64,000 bases of DNA from an uncultured cyanobacterium (GCA_963803805.1 CAWDOD010000009.1:128001-192000), one strand, 5' to 3'; positions 1 through 11,187 are shown, counted from the stretch's first letter. Program-made: numbers and translations. Notes: a model not told the origin generated them from the letters alone.

Positions 1-3000
1 AATTTTTCTGTTGTTTATCGTGCTATTAGGAATCGAGATAGTAAACCAATTATTCTTAAATTCCTGAAGCAGGATTACCCTAGTACGCAAGAAATTGCGA
101 AATATAAACAGGAATATGAAATAACTCGCAATCTACGAAGTGAAGGGGTTATTCTTACCTATGGGTTACAAAAATATCAAAATACTCTGGTGATGATTTT
201 AGAGGATTTTGGGGGGGAGTCTCTCAATTTTCTGTTTAAAAAACAGCCTTTGAATTTGGAAGAATTTTTACAAATAGCCCTAAAAATTGTTGATATTTTA
301 GCAGAAATTCATAGTGCAGGAGTAATTCACAAAGATATTAATTTAAGCAATATTGTTTATAATCCTCAAACTAAGCAAGTCAAAATTATTGACTTTGGTA
401 TTTCTACCGTTGTTACTCAAGAAAATCCTCCCCTTAAGAACCCTCAAATATTAGAAGGAACCTTAGCCTACATATCTCCTGAACAAACTGGTAGGATGAA
501 CCGGGCAGTAGATTATCGTACAGATTTCTATTCAGTTGGAGTTAGTTTTTACGAATTACTAACCGGGCAAATCCCTTTTACGGCAACAGATGCTATGGAG
601 TTGGTACATTGTCATTTAGCCAAACAACCTCTTTCTCCCCAGCAGCACAAACCTAATATTCCTCAAGTAATTAGCAATTTAGTTATGAAATTAATGGCTA
701 AGAGGGCTGAGGACAGATATCAGAGTACCTGGAGTTTAAAAAAGGATCTTACTAAATGCTTGGTACAATACCAGGAAACGGGAAAAATTGAACTTTTTCC
801 TTTAGGTGAACAGGATATTTCAGAACAATTCCTTTTGCCTCAAAAACTTTATGGTAGAGAAGCAGAAGTAGCAAGTTTGTTACAAGGTTTTGAGAGTGTA
901 ACTAGTAATAGAGAAAACACTAAGACAAAAAAAACTAAATTAGTTCTTGTTTCTGGTTCTTCCGGCATTGGGAAATCGGCATTTGCTAGAGAACTATATA
1001 AACCAATTACCCAACGAAGGGGTTACTTTATTGCTGGGGAATTTGCGGAATTCCAAAGCAATATTCCTTATGCTGCTATTGCTAGGGCTTTTTCAAGTCT
1101 TGTTAAACAACTACTAACAGAAGAGCAGGATAAACTTAATCAATGGCGACACAAAATATTGGCTGCTGTTGGCAATAATGCCCAAGTAATTATTGAGGTT
1201 ATCCCTGAATTAGAATTAATTATTGGTAAGCAGACTGCGGTACAAAAGTTAGGTTTAATTGAATCTCAAAATCGCTTCAATTTTGTTTTTCTTAGTTTCA
1301 TGCAGATATTTTGTCAGCTAGAACATCCTTTAGTAATCTTTTTAGATAATTTGCAATGGGTTGATACTGCTTCTTTAAATTTAGTAGAGTTAATTTTAGC
1401 TGATCCCAAAACTGAATACCTATTTTTGATCGGTGCTTATCGAAATAATGAAGTGGACTCTAACCATCCTTTAACAGTAAGCTGTAACAGAATTGCTCAG
1501 AGAGGAATCCCTATAGAGCAAATCAATTTAGCCCCTTTAAATCTAAATCAAATCACACAATTTATTTCTGACACTGTACATCAAAATTGTCAAGAAGTAA
1601 GACCTTTAGCTGAGTTAGTGTGGCAAAAAACTAGAGGTAATCCTTTTTTTGTTAGTCAATTCTTACAAACTCTCTATCAAGAGAAACAAATATATTTTTA
1701 CCCCTTAGCTTCTGGAAAAGGAAAGTGGCAGTGGAATTTGCAGAAAATTGAAGATATTGCAATTACTGAAAATGTAGTTGACTTAATGGCAGTTAAGCTA
1801 CAAAAACTGCCCCAATCAACCTCTGAAATACTAAAAATAGCAGCTTGCATTGGCAATAACTTCGATCTCGATGTTTTATCTTTATTACAACAAGAAAATC
1901 ATAATGATATTTTTATCAATCTCTTACCTGCAATTCAAGAAGGATTTATCCTTCCCAACTCTGATATTCCCCTGGAAGCAGATTGGTTTACTTCTCCTCT
2001 TTTAGTAGCTAAATATAAATTTCCTCATGACAAAATTCGTCAGTCTGCTCTCGCTTTAATGGAGAGATGTCAGCAAAATAAATTGCACTGGAAAATTGGT
2101 GTTATATTATTGCAAAAATATCAGATTCAAACCGATAAAGAAGATATTTTTACTGTAGTAGATCATCTTAATTTGGGCAAAGAAACAATTACTGATTCCA
2201 CAAAGCTTTTCCAATTAGCTCGTTTAAATCTTATTGCTAGTAAAAAAGCGAGAGACACTACGGCTTATGGGGTTGCTAAACAGTATTTAATCACCATAAA
2301 AAATAGTTTAGGAGATGAAATTTGGCAAGATTATGCTTTAGCTTTTTCCTTACATAAAGATTTAGCTGAGTTAGAGTCTCTCCAAGGAAAATTTGCCCTT
2401 ACAGAAACATTACTAGAAGAACTTCTGCACCGAGCTAATTCAACTTTTGACCTGATCGAAATATATAGGATGATGATTGTACATTATACAGTCACTCTCC
2501 AAGAACAGAAAGCTATAGATATGGGGATAAAAGCTCTGGATTTGCTAGAGATTAAATTACCAGAAACCAAAGATTTTTCTATTGCTATACAGCAAGGATT
2601 AGCTAAAAATGAAGAGAAAATTAGAGGTCGCGAAATTGCCAGTTTAGTTAATGAACCAGAAGGGACAAAATTAGATAAAATTTTAGCAATTAAAATTCTC
2701 AATGCCTTATTAACTTCAATCTATCTTACTAAGCAAGAGGATTTGTTTTTCCTAATTGCCACTAGAATTGTTACTCTCTCTTTAGAATATGGCTTCGTTC
2801 CTGAGTCATCCTATGGAGTTGCCTGTTATGGAATGCTCTGGATGTTTAGGGAAAACAATTATCAACAAGGCTACAAATTTGGTTTGCTTGCTCGCGATCT
2901 TAGTCATCGCTTTGGCAAGTTAGATGATATTTGTAAAACTTGCTATATATTAGCGAATAACTTAATCCCTTGGGTTAAGCCTTTAAAAGAATCTGAAGCT

Positions 3001-5358
3001 ATTTTGGCAGAAGGGTATCATGCTGGTTTGAATGCAGGAGAATACAATTTTCTTAGCTATATTCTGATCGATAAATTACTCAACTCATTTTACCGTACTC
3101 AAAACTTAGAAAAGCTGCAAGAAGAAATGACTAAAGCTTTGCAGTTTGTCAACAAAATATCTCAAAAGTTAGCTATTGATACTATTACTGCTTTGCAAAG
3201 TATTGTTCTTAAATTAACTGGAGAAACATCTGATAAATATGTTTTAACTAGTCAAAAATTTAACGATGATGATGATCTAATAAAATGTCATAAGCAAGCT
3301 AATTATTACTCTTTATGCCACTATCATTTACTTAAAGCTAAACTATTATATATTTTCGGGGAAGTAGACCTAGCTTTACAAGAAGTTATAGCTACTGGAG
3401 ACATTAATTCTACTCTTCCTGGTAAGTTTCAAGTAACTGAACATAATTTTTACCACTCCCTGTGTTTAACGGCTCTTTATTTAAAAGTTTCTCCTCAACA
3501 ACAAAATCAGTATTGGCAGCAATTAGAAAAAAATCAAGCAAAAATGCAAATCTGGGCAGATCAATGTCCGGAGAACTTTTTAGCTAAACATCTTCTAGTT
3601 GCCGCAGAAATAGCTCGTATTCAGCACCAACAAATAGAAGCAATAAACTTATATAACCAAGCTATTGAAACGGCTCAGAATAGCAACTTTATGCAAGTTG
3701 AAGCTATTGCCCACGAGCTAGTTGCTCAATTTTGGTCAAGTCAAAATAACCAAAGATATGCCTTTGCCCATTGGCGAGATGCTTATTATAAATATCAATT
3801 ATGGGGAGCTAAAAGTAAAGTAAAAGACCTAGAGAAAAACCATCCTGAACTGCTAACTTCCCAACCAGGAACAGTCCACTGGCAAGAAATCAATAAATCT
3901 TATACTTCCACAGTTAATACTAGTAGTAGTTCTAGTCTAGTTCTCGATTTTGTTACTGTAGTTAAAGCCTCTCAAGCCATCTCTGGAGAAATTGTCTTTG
4001 ATAAGCTTCTGGCTAACTTAATGAAGATTGCTACTGAAAATGCTGGTGCTAGGGAGGGCTTTCTGCTCTTACAAAGAGATAACAAAATGTTAGTAGAAGC
4101 AGTGGCTTCTGTAGAAGATCCCTCATTAGTTTACAATACTGTACCTATTGATGCTTGCCATAACCTACCTTGGACAATTGTTAACTATGTAACCAGAACT
4201 AAGTTTGATGTTGTTCTTAATGATGCTGCTAAGGAAGGAGATTTTGTTAATGACCCCTATATTGCTTATAAACAACTTAAGTCAGTCCTTTGTACTCCCA
4301 TTCTCAATCAAGGTAAATTACTAGGAATTTTATATTTAGAAAATAACTTAATCAAAGGAGGCTTCACTGAAGAACGTCTCGAAATATTGCGTATTCTCGC
4401 TGCACAAGCAGCTATCTCCATAGAAAATGCCTTACTCTATGCTTCGGTAGAAAACAAAGTTGCCGCAAGAACCAAAGAATTAAATAACAAAAACTTTGAC
4501 TTAGCACACACTTTGCAACAACTAAAATATACTCAATCTCAACTTGTACAAAGTGAGAAAATGTCTAGCTTAGGCCAAATGATAGCTGGTATTGCCCATG
4601 AAATAAATAATCCTGTCAGTTTTATTTATGGCAATATAGAATATGCAAGGGAATATATCCAAGACCTACTCAACTTAATTAATAGTTACAAAGAAGAATA
4701 TCCCCAGCCTTCGCAAAAAATCAAGGAAGTCACAGAAACTATTGATTTAGAATTTTTAGTTCAAGACTTACAAAAGCTGCTCAAATCTATGAAAGTGGGA
4801 GCAGAACGTATTCGCAATATTGTTGTTTCCTTAAAGAACTTTTCGCGTCTTGATCGCTTAAAGAAAAGCCCTGTGGATCTTCACGAAGGTTTAGATAACA
4901 CCATCCTAATTTTGCAACATCGCTTGAGAGGCAAAGGTGAAAAACCAAGCATTAAATTAATTAAAAACTATGGTGACTTACCTTTGGTAACTTGCTATGG
5001 AAGCCAATTGAATCAAGTATTCATGAATCTTCTCGCTAATGCCATCGACGCTTTAGAAGGCAAAGGTAGCGAACAAAATATCTCTATTAAAGACCCCACA
5101 ATCACCATTACTACTGAACTAGCTTTCTCAGTTGCTATAATCCGTATTATTGACAACGGGCCAGGTATAAGTACAGAATTACAAAGCAAGATCTTTGACC
5201 CCTTCTTTACCACAAAATCTGTTGGTTCTGGTACTGGCTTAGGCTTATCCATTAGCTACCAAATAGTCGTCGAGAAACACGGTGGCAGCCTCAGTTGCCA
5301 TTCTTTTTTAGGTCAAGGAACTGAATTTATTATTGAAATTCCTTTAGCTAATTACTAA
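1..5358 (+). CDS. Ser/Thr kinase - AAA ATPase - GAF - histidine kinase hybrid sensor (5' end lies before the window)
   Basis: Frame is open from base 1 (NFSVVYRAIRNRDSKPIILK), so the start at 190 is a window artefact. Motifs: HKDIN, DFG, YISPEQTGRMNR, Walker A GSSGIGKS, GAF, H-box AHEINNP, HATPase GTGLGL. Confidence 0.93.
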   Translation, partial: NFSVVYRAIRNRDSKPIILKFLKQDYPSTQEIAKYKQEYEITRNLRSEGVILTYGLQKYQNTLVMILEDFGGESLNFLFKKQPLNLEEFLQIALKIVDILAEIHSAGVIHKDINLSNIVYNPQTKQVKIIDFGISTVVTQENPPLKNPQILEGTLAYISPEQTGRMNRAVDYRTDFYSVGVSFYELLTGQIPFTATDAMELVHCHLAKQPLSPQQHKPNIPQVISNLVMKLMAKRAEDRYQSTWSLKKDLTKCLVQYQETGKIELFPLGEQDISEQFLLPQKLYGREAEVASLLQGFESVTSNRENTKTKKTKLVLVSGSSGIGKSAFARELYKPITQRRGYFIAGEFAEFQSNIPYAAIARAFSSLVKQLLTEEQDKLNQWRHKILAAVGNNAQVIIEVIPELELIIGKQTAVQKLGLIESQNRFNFVFLSFMQIFCQLEHPLVIFLDNLQWVDTASLNLVELILADPKTEYLFLIGAYRNNEVDSNHPLTVSCNRIAQRGIPIEQINLAPLNLNQITQFISDTVHQNCQEVRPLAELVWQKTRGNPFFVSQFLQTLYQEKQIYFYPLASGKGKWQWNLQKIEDIAITENVVDLMAVKLQKLPQSTSEILKIAACIGNNFDLDVLSLLQQENHNDIFINLLPAIQEGFILPNSDIPLEADWFTSPLLVAKYKFPHDKIRQSALALMERCQQNKLHWKIGVILLQKYQIQTDKEDIFTVVDHLNLGKETITDSTKLFQLARLNLIASKKARDTTAYGVAKQYLITIKNSLGDEIWQDYALAFSLHKDLAELESLQGKFALTETLLEELLHRANSTFDLIEIYRMMIVHYTVTLQEQKAIDMGIKALDLLEIKLPETKDFSIAIQQGLAKNEEKIRGREIASLVNEPEGTKLDKILAIKILNALLTSIYLTKQEDLFFLIATRIVTLSLEYGFVPESSYGVACYGMLWMFRENNYQQGYKFGLLARDLSHRFGKLDDICKTCYILANNLIPWVKPLKESEAILAEGYHAGLNAGEYNFLSYILIDKLLNSFYRTQNLEKLQEEMTKALQFVNKISQKLAIDTITALQSIVLKLTGETSDKYVLTSQKFNDDDDLIKCHKQANYYSLCHYHLLKAKLLYIFGEVDLALQEVIATGDINSTLPGKFQVTEHNFYHSLCLTALYLKVSPQQQNQYWQQLEKNQAKMQIWADQCPENFLAKHLLVAAEIARIQHQQIEAINLYNQAIETAQNSNFMQVEAIAHELVAQFWSSQNNQRYAFAHWRDAYYKYQLWGAKSKVKDLEKNHPELLTSQPGTVHWQEINKSYTSTVNTSSSSSLVLDFVTVVKASQAISGEIVFDKLLANLMKIATENAGAREGFLLLQRDNKMLVEAVASVEDPSLVYNTVPIDACHNLPWTIVNYVTRTKFDVVLNDAAKEGDFVNDPYIAYKQLKSVLCTPILNQGKLLGILYLENNLIKGGFTEERLEILRILAAQAAISIENALLYASVENKVAARTKELNNKNFDLAHTLQQLKYTQSQLVQSEKMSSLGQMIAGIAHEINNPVSFIYGNIEYAREYIQDLLNLINSYKEEYPQPSQKIKEVTETIDLEFLVQDLQKLLKSMKVGAERIRNIVVSLKNFSRLDRLKKSPVDLHEGLDNTILILQHRLRGKGEKPSIKLIKNYGDLPLVTCYGSQLNQVFMNLLANAIDALEGKGSEQNISIKDPTITITTELAFSVAIIRIIDNGPGISTELQSKIFDPFFTTKSVGSGTGLGLSISYQIVVEKHGGSLSCHSFLGQGTEFIIEIPLANY

Positions 5359-5449
5359 CAGCATTTATCATTTATTATTAATAATAAATTTTCTTTTGTC
5401 TAAGCCAAGTAATGACTTCCGCGAAGCGGCTGACTTCCCAATAAAAACC

Positions 5450-6193
5450 ATGTCTCAACTACCTACAACCTTAGACGATGCGATCGCCCAAGCTAAACAA
5501 GCGACTCAAACAGCTCTTAATGATGGTCATAGCTGTCTGCAAGTTGAGTTAGTCTTAGCAGAAATTGCTCTTCAATCTCAATATATTGCTAAAGAGTTTA
5601 CCTCCATACTCTCTGAATATGGTTCCGGCTTAAAAGTTTTCTTCCCTGACGCTGGTGCTGCTGCTTTAGCTTGTCGAGATTGGGGAGAAGTACCCTTTAA
5701 AATTGAAGATCTAGGTACTAGTCGCTCCCCTGTTACAAGGAGAATTAGTTCAGAAGATCGAGCCTTCCTCGTCGTTAGTCCTTCCTCAGTAGAAGTAGAA
5801 CAAGTAGAAAAACTCTGTAACCTCGCAGAAGATCGCCCTGTAATCATTCTTATTCCTCAACTAGAAAACGTTTCCGTCGTCGGCATTGGCTATGCTGCCC
5901 GTCAATTAAGGGAGCGCTTCCTCAGCAATCTTTTTACCTCCTACTATGTTAGATCCTTAGAAGGGGCTGCTCTGACACGCTTCTATCCCTCTCCTTGGCA
6001 GGTATGGCTAGAAAAAGGAAAAGACTATGAATTAGTAACTGAGCTACAACAAAAGCCAGTAGGAGAAGCATTAGAGCGCATCATCTTCTCTGCCATTAAC
6101 CCAGAGACTGATACTCCACAATCAAACCATAGACCCAAAAAAAAGGGTGTTTTTGCTAATATGCAACGTTTTCTCAAAGCCTTGAGCCAATAA
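5450..6193 (+). CDS. DUF1995-family conserved cyanobacterial protein
   Basis: ATG at 5450 (MSQLPTTL); FFPDAGAAALA and VGIGYAARQLRERFL motifs. Confidence 0.8.
   Translation: MSQLPTTLDDAIAQAKQATQTALNDGHSCLQVELVLAEIALQSQYIAKEFTSILSEYGSGLKVFFPDAGAAALACRDWGEVPFKIEDLGTSRSPVTRRISSEDRAFLVVSPSSVEVEQVEKLCNLAEDRPVIILIPQLENVSVVGIGYAARQLRERFLSNLFTSYYVRSLEGAALTRFYPSPWQVWLEKGKDYELVTELQQKPVGEALERIIFSAINPETDTPQSNHRPKKKGVFANMQRFLKALSQ
5480..5487. repeat. HIP1 octamer GCGATCGC (one example of roughly two dozen seen)
   Basis: Also at 8748, 10978, 16436, 18444, 21320 and onward; typical cyanobacterial signature. Confidence 0.9.
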
Positions 6194-6406
6194 AAGTTGT
6201 TATTTATCTCCCTGTTGTGCTAACAGTTGGTTTTCAACTTTTCTCCTGCTAGGATAGTAGTGTGAGAATGAAGGTATAGATGACAGCGTTTGTTTTTATT
6301 TAGTATTGACAGGTTTCTTCCCGTTTAGTATTGATAGACTTCTGTTGTGAAATCTGATTTCCTCTTAATCTCGACACACACACAGTTTTAACTTGGGACA
6401 CAAACT

Positions 6407-6718
6407 ATGTCAATTTATGTAGGCAATCTATCCTATGAGGTAACGGAAGAAGACCTCAGTAATGTTTTTGCCGAATATGGAACAGTCAAGCGGGTTCATT
6501 TGCCTACTGATCGTCAAACAGGCCGTATGCGTGGCTTTGCCTTTGTGGAAATGGAAACAGAAACCGAAGAAGAAGCAGCAATTACCCAGCTAGATGGGGC
6601 AGAGTGGATGGATCGCGAAATCAAAGTTAACAAAGCCAAACCCCGTGAGAAAAGGAACTCATTTGGCGGTGGCGGTGGCGGTGGCGGTGGCCGCAGAAAC
6701 GAGCGCTCTCGCTTCTAA
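6407..6718 (+). CDS. rbp: RRM RNA-binding protein with glycine-rich tail
   Basis: RNP2 IYVGNL, RNP1 RGFAFVEM, poly-Gly C-terminus. Confidence 0.95.
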   Translation: MSIYVGNLSYEVTEEDLSNVFAEYGTVKRVHLPTDRQTGRMRGFAFVEMETETEEEAAITQLDGAEWMDREIKVNKAKPREKRNSFGGGGGGGGGRRNERSRF

Positions 6719-6773
6719 GATAGCTTAAGCCTAGATAATGAGCTAATTAAATCGACATAGAGAGGTTTTTAAC

Positions 6774-6816
6774 CACAAAGAAGACGCAATAATTTATAGC
6801 TTGCGTCTTCTTTGTG
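6774..6816. terminator. Hairpin between convergent rbp and PII genes
   Basis: Perfect 16-bp inverted repeat CACAAAGAAGACGCAA / TTGCGTCTTCTTTGTG. Confidence 0.75.
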
Positions 6817-6826
6817 AAAAGAGGGC

Positions 6827-7228
<402 letters not shown>

Positions 7229-7239
7229 TTAAAGTTTTT

Positions 7240-7253
7240 GTAGCTTTTAATAC
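7240..7253 (-). promoter_or_regulatory. Putative NtcA-binding site upstream of the PII gene
   Basis: GTA-N8-TAC (GTAGCTTTTAATAC) in A/T-rich flanks about 75 nt upstream of the start. A TACTAT -10-like box lies 29 nt downstream, not the canonical ~22. Confidence 0.55.
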
Positions 7254-7275
7254 TTTTCATGGTGATTCTGTTTGG

Positions 7276-7623
7276 CTAAGGAAGGCGACTCGTAACGCGA
7301 CCAAGAATTTGCTCCGAGTTAACTAAACCAAAAGAGCGGCTATCAGTGCTGGCTGAAGCATTATCTCCTTTGAGGAAACAAGAACCATCTTCAAACACCC
7401 CAGTTACTCTTTTGACTAAGCGCAAGTTTGACAAATGAGGATGTTTAGCAACGACTAAATCCCCAGGCTTAGGGAGCTTGTTTTTATAAGCTTGGGTATC
7501 AACAAGAATCTCTTCCCCTGGTTGTAGCAAAGGTAGCATAGAAACTCCTGTAATCCTAAGCCGCCAGCGCTTCCTCAGCAGCCAAAGCACTAGTTCTTTT
7601 GTGCTGCTTTCCCCTAATACCAT
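7276..7623 (-). CDS. sodX: Nickel-type superoxide dismutase maturation protease
   Basis: S26-type motifs GVSMLP, VKRV, GDN, DSRSFG; directly downstream of sodN. Confidence 0.92.
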   Translation of the reverse strand: MVLGESSTKELVLWLLRKRWRLRITGVSMLPLLQPGEEILVDTQAYKNKLPKPGDLVVAKHPHLSNLRLVKRVTGVFEDGSCFLKGDNASASTDSRSFGLVNSEQILGRVTSRLP

Positions 7624-7745
7624 TGATAATTAATTAAACATTAAACATTTATCAAAGGAGAAACCAAACCTCTTAATTGCTGCCAAAGATTTTGAGACAG
7701 TAACTAGGAAGCTCAGTTTCTATAATTTTATGCTAATAAATTCAG

Positions 7746-8228
7746 TTAGCTAGCTTTGACCCAAGCAACATCGCGATCTTTTGTTGCCCAGAACATATCA
7801 TGAATCTTATGTACAGCATCCAAAAGTTCATTAGCGTGTTGTGAGTTAACTTCTACTTTACAAGAAGAGCAAAGTTTGGCAGCTTTCCAGAAAGTATCGT
7901 GTAAATCAGGATACTTATCTAAGTGTACTGGCTTAAAGTAGTCAGTCCAGAGAATGAGTATTTCTTCTTTTGCTTTCTGAGCTTGCTCTTCTTTGATGGC
8001 AACATAGCGAGAGAAGGTATTGTTATAAGCAATTAAAGCTTCTTTGTCGCTAGGATCAGGAACTTCTAGATCAAGAAGCTTTTTGGTCATAGAAACTACA
8101 GCTTCTGTATAAATTCTAGCAGCAGCAGGATCATAAACACCGCAAGGTCCATCGCAGTGAGCGCTTACTTCCTGAGCTGGAAACCAATTTTTTACTTTTG
8201 AAGCAAATTTTTTGAGCATAGTATTCAC
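7746..8228 (-). CDS. sodN: Nickel superoxide dismutase precursor
   Basis: Nickel hook HCDGPCGVYDP after a propeptide; LWTDYFK motif. Confidence 0.97.
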   Translation of the reverse strand: MNTMLKKFASKVKNWFPAQEVSAHCDGPCGVYDPAAARIYTEAVVSMTKKLLDLEVPDPSDKEALIAYNNTFSRYVAIKEEQAQKAKEEILILWTDYFKPVHLDKYPDLHDTFWKAAKLCSSCKVEVNSQHANELLDAVHKIHDMFWATKDRDVAWVKAS

Positions 8229-8404
8229 AAGTTTGTTAGTTTTCAGTGCTGTTGAAAAAAATATTCACAGAGAGAGTCGTGTAATTGCTTACCGCTGAGT
8301 ATCCCCCCCCTACCCATCTAGCTTAATGTGATTCAGGTAAGGGAGCAAGGTGATCAATTGATAATTATTATTGATAATTATTAAAGAACTATTACCCTAA
8401 AAGC

Positions 8405-9181
8405 TTACAAAGTTAAGGGAACTCCTAATTTTCCACCCCGCAGCAAGTCGGTAACTTCATCTGTGTATTGGTGAAACTGTTGGAGACGCTTAGTTTGATA
8501 GTCACGTTTTTGGGGTAAATCAATGACTACTTCTGCTTGGATTTTACCAGGGCTAGGAGTGAGAACATAGACCCGTTGGGAGAGAAACACTGCTTCTGTC
8601 ACATCGTGGGTAATCATTAAAATCGTCGTATCAGTACGCCGCCAAATATCCAACAGGAATAGTTGCATATTCTCTTTCGTTTGTATATCTAAAGCCCCAA
8701 AAGGTTCGTCTAGTAAAAGAATTTTGGGCTGACAAGCTAAAGCACGGGCGATCGCCACTCTTTGTTTCATGCCCCCCGATAGTTCTTTCGGATAGGCTGT
8801 GGCAAATTGGGATAAGCCGACGACATCTAAGTAATAAGCTGCTGATTCTTGCCGTGCTTTTTTAGCCATCCCTTGAAGTTTGAGGCCAAATTCTACATTA
8901 GCAGCTACTGAGAGCCAAGGATAAAGGGTATATTTCTGGAATACCATACCACGATCTGAGCCTGGGCCTGTTACTTGAACCCCATCAACAACAATCTTTC
9001 CCCCGGTGGGTGTTTCTAAGCCTGCAACCAGTCTTAATAAAGTTGATTTTCCTGAGCCTGAAGCACCAACAACACAGATAAACTCTCCTGTTTCTACGTG
9101 CAAGTTGATATCTTGCAGGGCTAAGAAAGAGCTTTTACCAGTAAGAAATTTTTTTTCTAAGTGACAAACTTCTAAGTGCAT
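8405..9181 (-). CDS. ABC transporter ATP-binding protein (NitT/TauT family)
   Basis: GASGSGKST, LSGGMKQR, LLLDEPFGALD. Confidence 0.93.
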   Translation of the reverse strand: MHLEVCHLEKKFLTGKSSFLALQDINLHVETGEFICVVGASGSGKSTLLRLVAGLETPTGGKIVVDGVQVTGPGSDRGMVFQKYTLYPWLSVAANVEFGLKLQGMAKKARQESAAYYLDVVGLSQFATAYPKELSGGMKQRVAIARALACQPKILLLDEPFGALDIQTKENMQLFLLDIWRRTDTTILMITHDVTEAVFLSQRVYVLTPSPGKIQAEVVIDLPQKRDYQTKRLQQFHQYTDEVTDLLRGGKLGVPLTL

Positions 9182-9246
9182 GATGTTTTGCTATTTGCTC
9201 ATCGCTAATTGTTTTGTTAATTATTGAATGTTTTCCTCTTCAGCAA

Positions 9247-10056
9247 TTAATCAAATGCCCATTTACAACTGCTTTTGAGTAACAAACGAAAGGATAAATC
9301 TAGAGCGAAGCCAATTAAACCAAGAACGATTAAACAAGCAAATATTTCGTCAGTCTTAAGGAACTTTTGAGCTAATAAAATTCGCTTACCTAAACCATCT
9401 TCTGCGGCAATTAATTCAGCTACTACTACTAAGTTCCAAGAAGCAGCCATATTAATACGAAAAGCATCAATAATATTGGGAACAATGTAGGGGGTAATTA
9501 CTTGAAATAAGACTTGGTGGCGCAGTCCCCCTAAAGTATAGGTTGTTTCAATCAAATCCTTGGGAACAAATTTCACTGCATCCATAATCATCAAGATATT
9601 AAAAAAGACTGTGCCGATAAAAATCAGGGCAATTTTTGACTCTTCATTGATATCTAAATAAATAATTAATAAGGGTACAAAAGCAGGGGCAGGCATATAG
9701 CGGACGATGCCAATTATGGGTTCAAATAAAGCACGAATACTAGGAAAAGTTCCCATAGCAATGCCAACCGGAATAGCCACAATTACAATAAAGAAAAAGC
9801 CAATTCCTACTCTAAAAACGCTAGCAAAAGTATCTTTAATTAAAAAACCCTTTTCCCAAAGCCGAATAAAAGCTGCCCCTACATCTTGGGGACTAGGAAG
9901 AAAAATTCCCTCTATCCCCCCGTAATTGGAAATTAACCACCAAGTACAAAAAGGAATAATTACTGAGAGGGAAAGCAGAAATAAATTCAAAGAACGGGGA
10001 ATATCTTCGGTGATACGCCAAAATACAGTTGGTTTTAAACGTTTATCATTTCTCAT
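9247..10056 (-). CDS. ABC transporter permease (NitT/TauT family)
   Basis: Multiple transmembrane helices, EAA-like loop, VAELIAAEDGLG. Confidence 0.92.
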   Translation of the reverse strand: MRNDKRLKPTVFWRITEDIPRSLNLFLLSLSVIIPFCTWWLISNYGGIEGIFLPSPQDVGAAFIRLWEKGFLIKDTFASVFRVGIGFFFIVIVAIPVGIAMGTFPSIRALFEPIIGIVRYMPAPAFVPLLIIYLDINEESKIALIFIGTVFFNILMIMDAVKFVPKDLIETTYTLGGLRHQVLFQVITPYIVPNIIDAFRINMAASWNLVVVAELIAAEDGLGKRILLAQKFLKTDEIFACLIVLGLIGFALDLSFRLLLKSSCKWAFD

Positions 10057-10124
10057 CTATCATTAAACATTTATCTTCTGTTTTTTGACTAACTTGATTA
10101 AAAGGTAACAAGTTCACCTATGAC

Positions 10125-11171
10125 CTATGATTCTGCATAAGCTTTAACAAATTGGTCATCGAGAATTTTTTCTAAATCAGGGGCTTCTTCAATAAAACCT
10201 ACACCTACCATAAAATCAGCCATTTTTTTAGCTGCGTAGGGCATATACTTCATAGAATCTCCAGGACTAAATGCTTCTAGGTTTTCCTCAATGGTAAATA
10301 TTTTTGTTCCTTCCTTGAACAGTTGGAGTTCTTCGACACTAACATCTGCCCGTTTAGCCATAATTTCGTCAGCTTTTTCGGGATTTTCTGCCATAAAATC
10401 AAGGACATCAAACCAAGTATTAACCAAAGCTTGAACTTGTTCTGGTTGTTCGTCTACTAACTTTTGAGTAACTACTAATAAATCAGGTATAGCCCCAGGA
10501 AACTCTTTAGAAGTAATTAATTCTTTGCTTCCTTCCCGTTCTAATGCTATCAACCAAAAAGGTGGGAATGCTCCCACCGCATCAGTTTTGCCTGCTGCAA
10601 AAGCTGCTGCTGCTGCTCCTGTTTCTAGGTTAACTATTTTGACATCATCCCTAGACATTCCTGCTTCTTCTAAAGCCAGAGAAAGGAGAAAATCATCTAC
10701 AACTCCTTCTTCAACAGCAACCTCTTTCCCTTCCAAATCTTCGATACTATTAATTTCTTCTGTAACAATAATTTTGTCATTACCCGCTGAATTATCATTA
10801 ACTAATACTGCTACCTCACCGTCTATCGCTTCTCCAGCGAAGGAAATAGTATCGTTTAAGGTTTGGCAATTGCCATCAATTTGTCCAGCGGCTAAAGCGT
10901 TCATAGACTCTAAATAGCCATCAAACCACTTCATTTCAACATTGGCATTATTCTTCTCAAATAATCCTTCTTCTTCGGCGATCGCCCAAGGCCACCAACC
11001 GGCCCAGTTACTATAACCTATAACAATAGGAGCAGAAGTAGAAGAGGATGGGCTACTCGTACTCGTATTTGTATCAGCCGGGTTGCTTTCGGGAGAGCGG
11101 GAGCAACTAACCGCTACTACTAAGCTAAAGAAAAAAACCGTACAGAGGGAAAGAAATTTTCGCTTTGTCAT
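10125..11171 (-). CDS. ABC substrate-binding lipoprotein (NitT/TauT/SsuA family), resembling the cyanobacterial guanidine-binding protein
   Basis: Lipobox VAVSC; GYSNWAGWWPW aromatic motif; NDNSAGND; FPGAIPDLLV; gene order hypB-SBP-permease-ATPase. Confidence 0.85.
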   Translation of the reverse strand: MTKRKFLSLCTVFFFSLVVAVSCSRSPESNPADTNTSTSSPSSSTSAPIVIGYSNWAGWWPWAIAEEEGLFEKNNANVEMKWFDGYLESMNALAAGQIDGNCQTLNDTISFAGEAIDGEVAVLVNDNSAGNDKIIVTEEINSIEDLEGKEVAVEEGVVDDFLLSLALEEAGMSRDDVKIVNLETGAAAAAFAAGKTDAVGAFPPFWLIALEREGSKELITSKEFPGAIPDLLVVTQKLVDEQPEQVQALVNTWFDVLDFMAENPEKADEIMAKRADVSVEELQLFKEGTKIFTIEENLEAFSPGDSMKYMPYAAKKMADFMVGVGFIEEAPDLEKILDDQFVKAYAES

Positions 11172-11187
11172 CAGTTAAAACAAGTCC

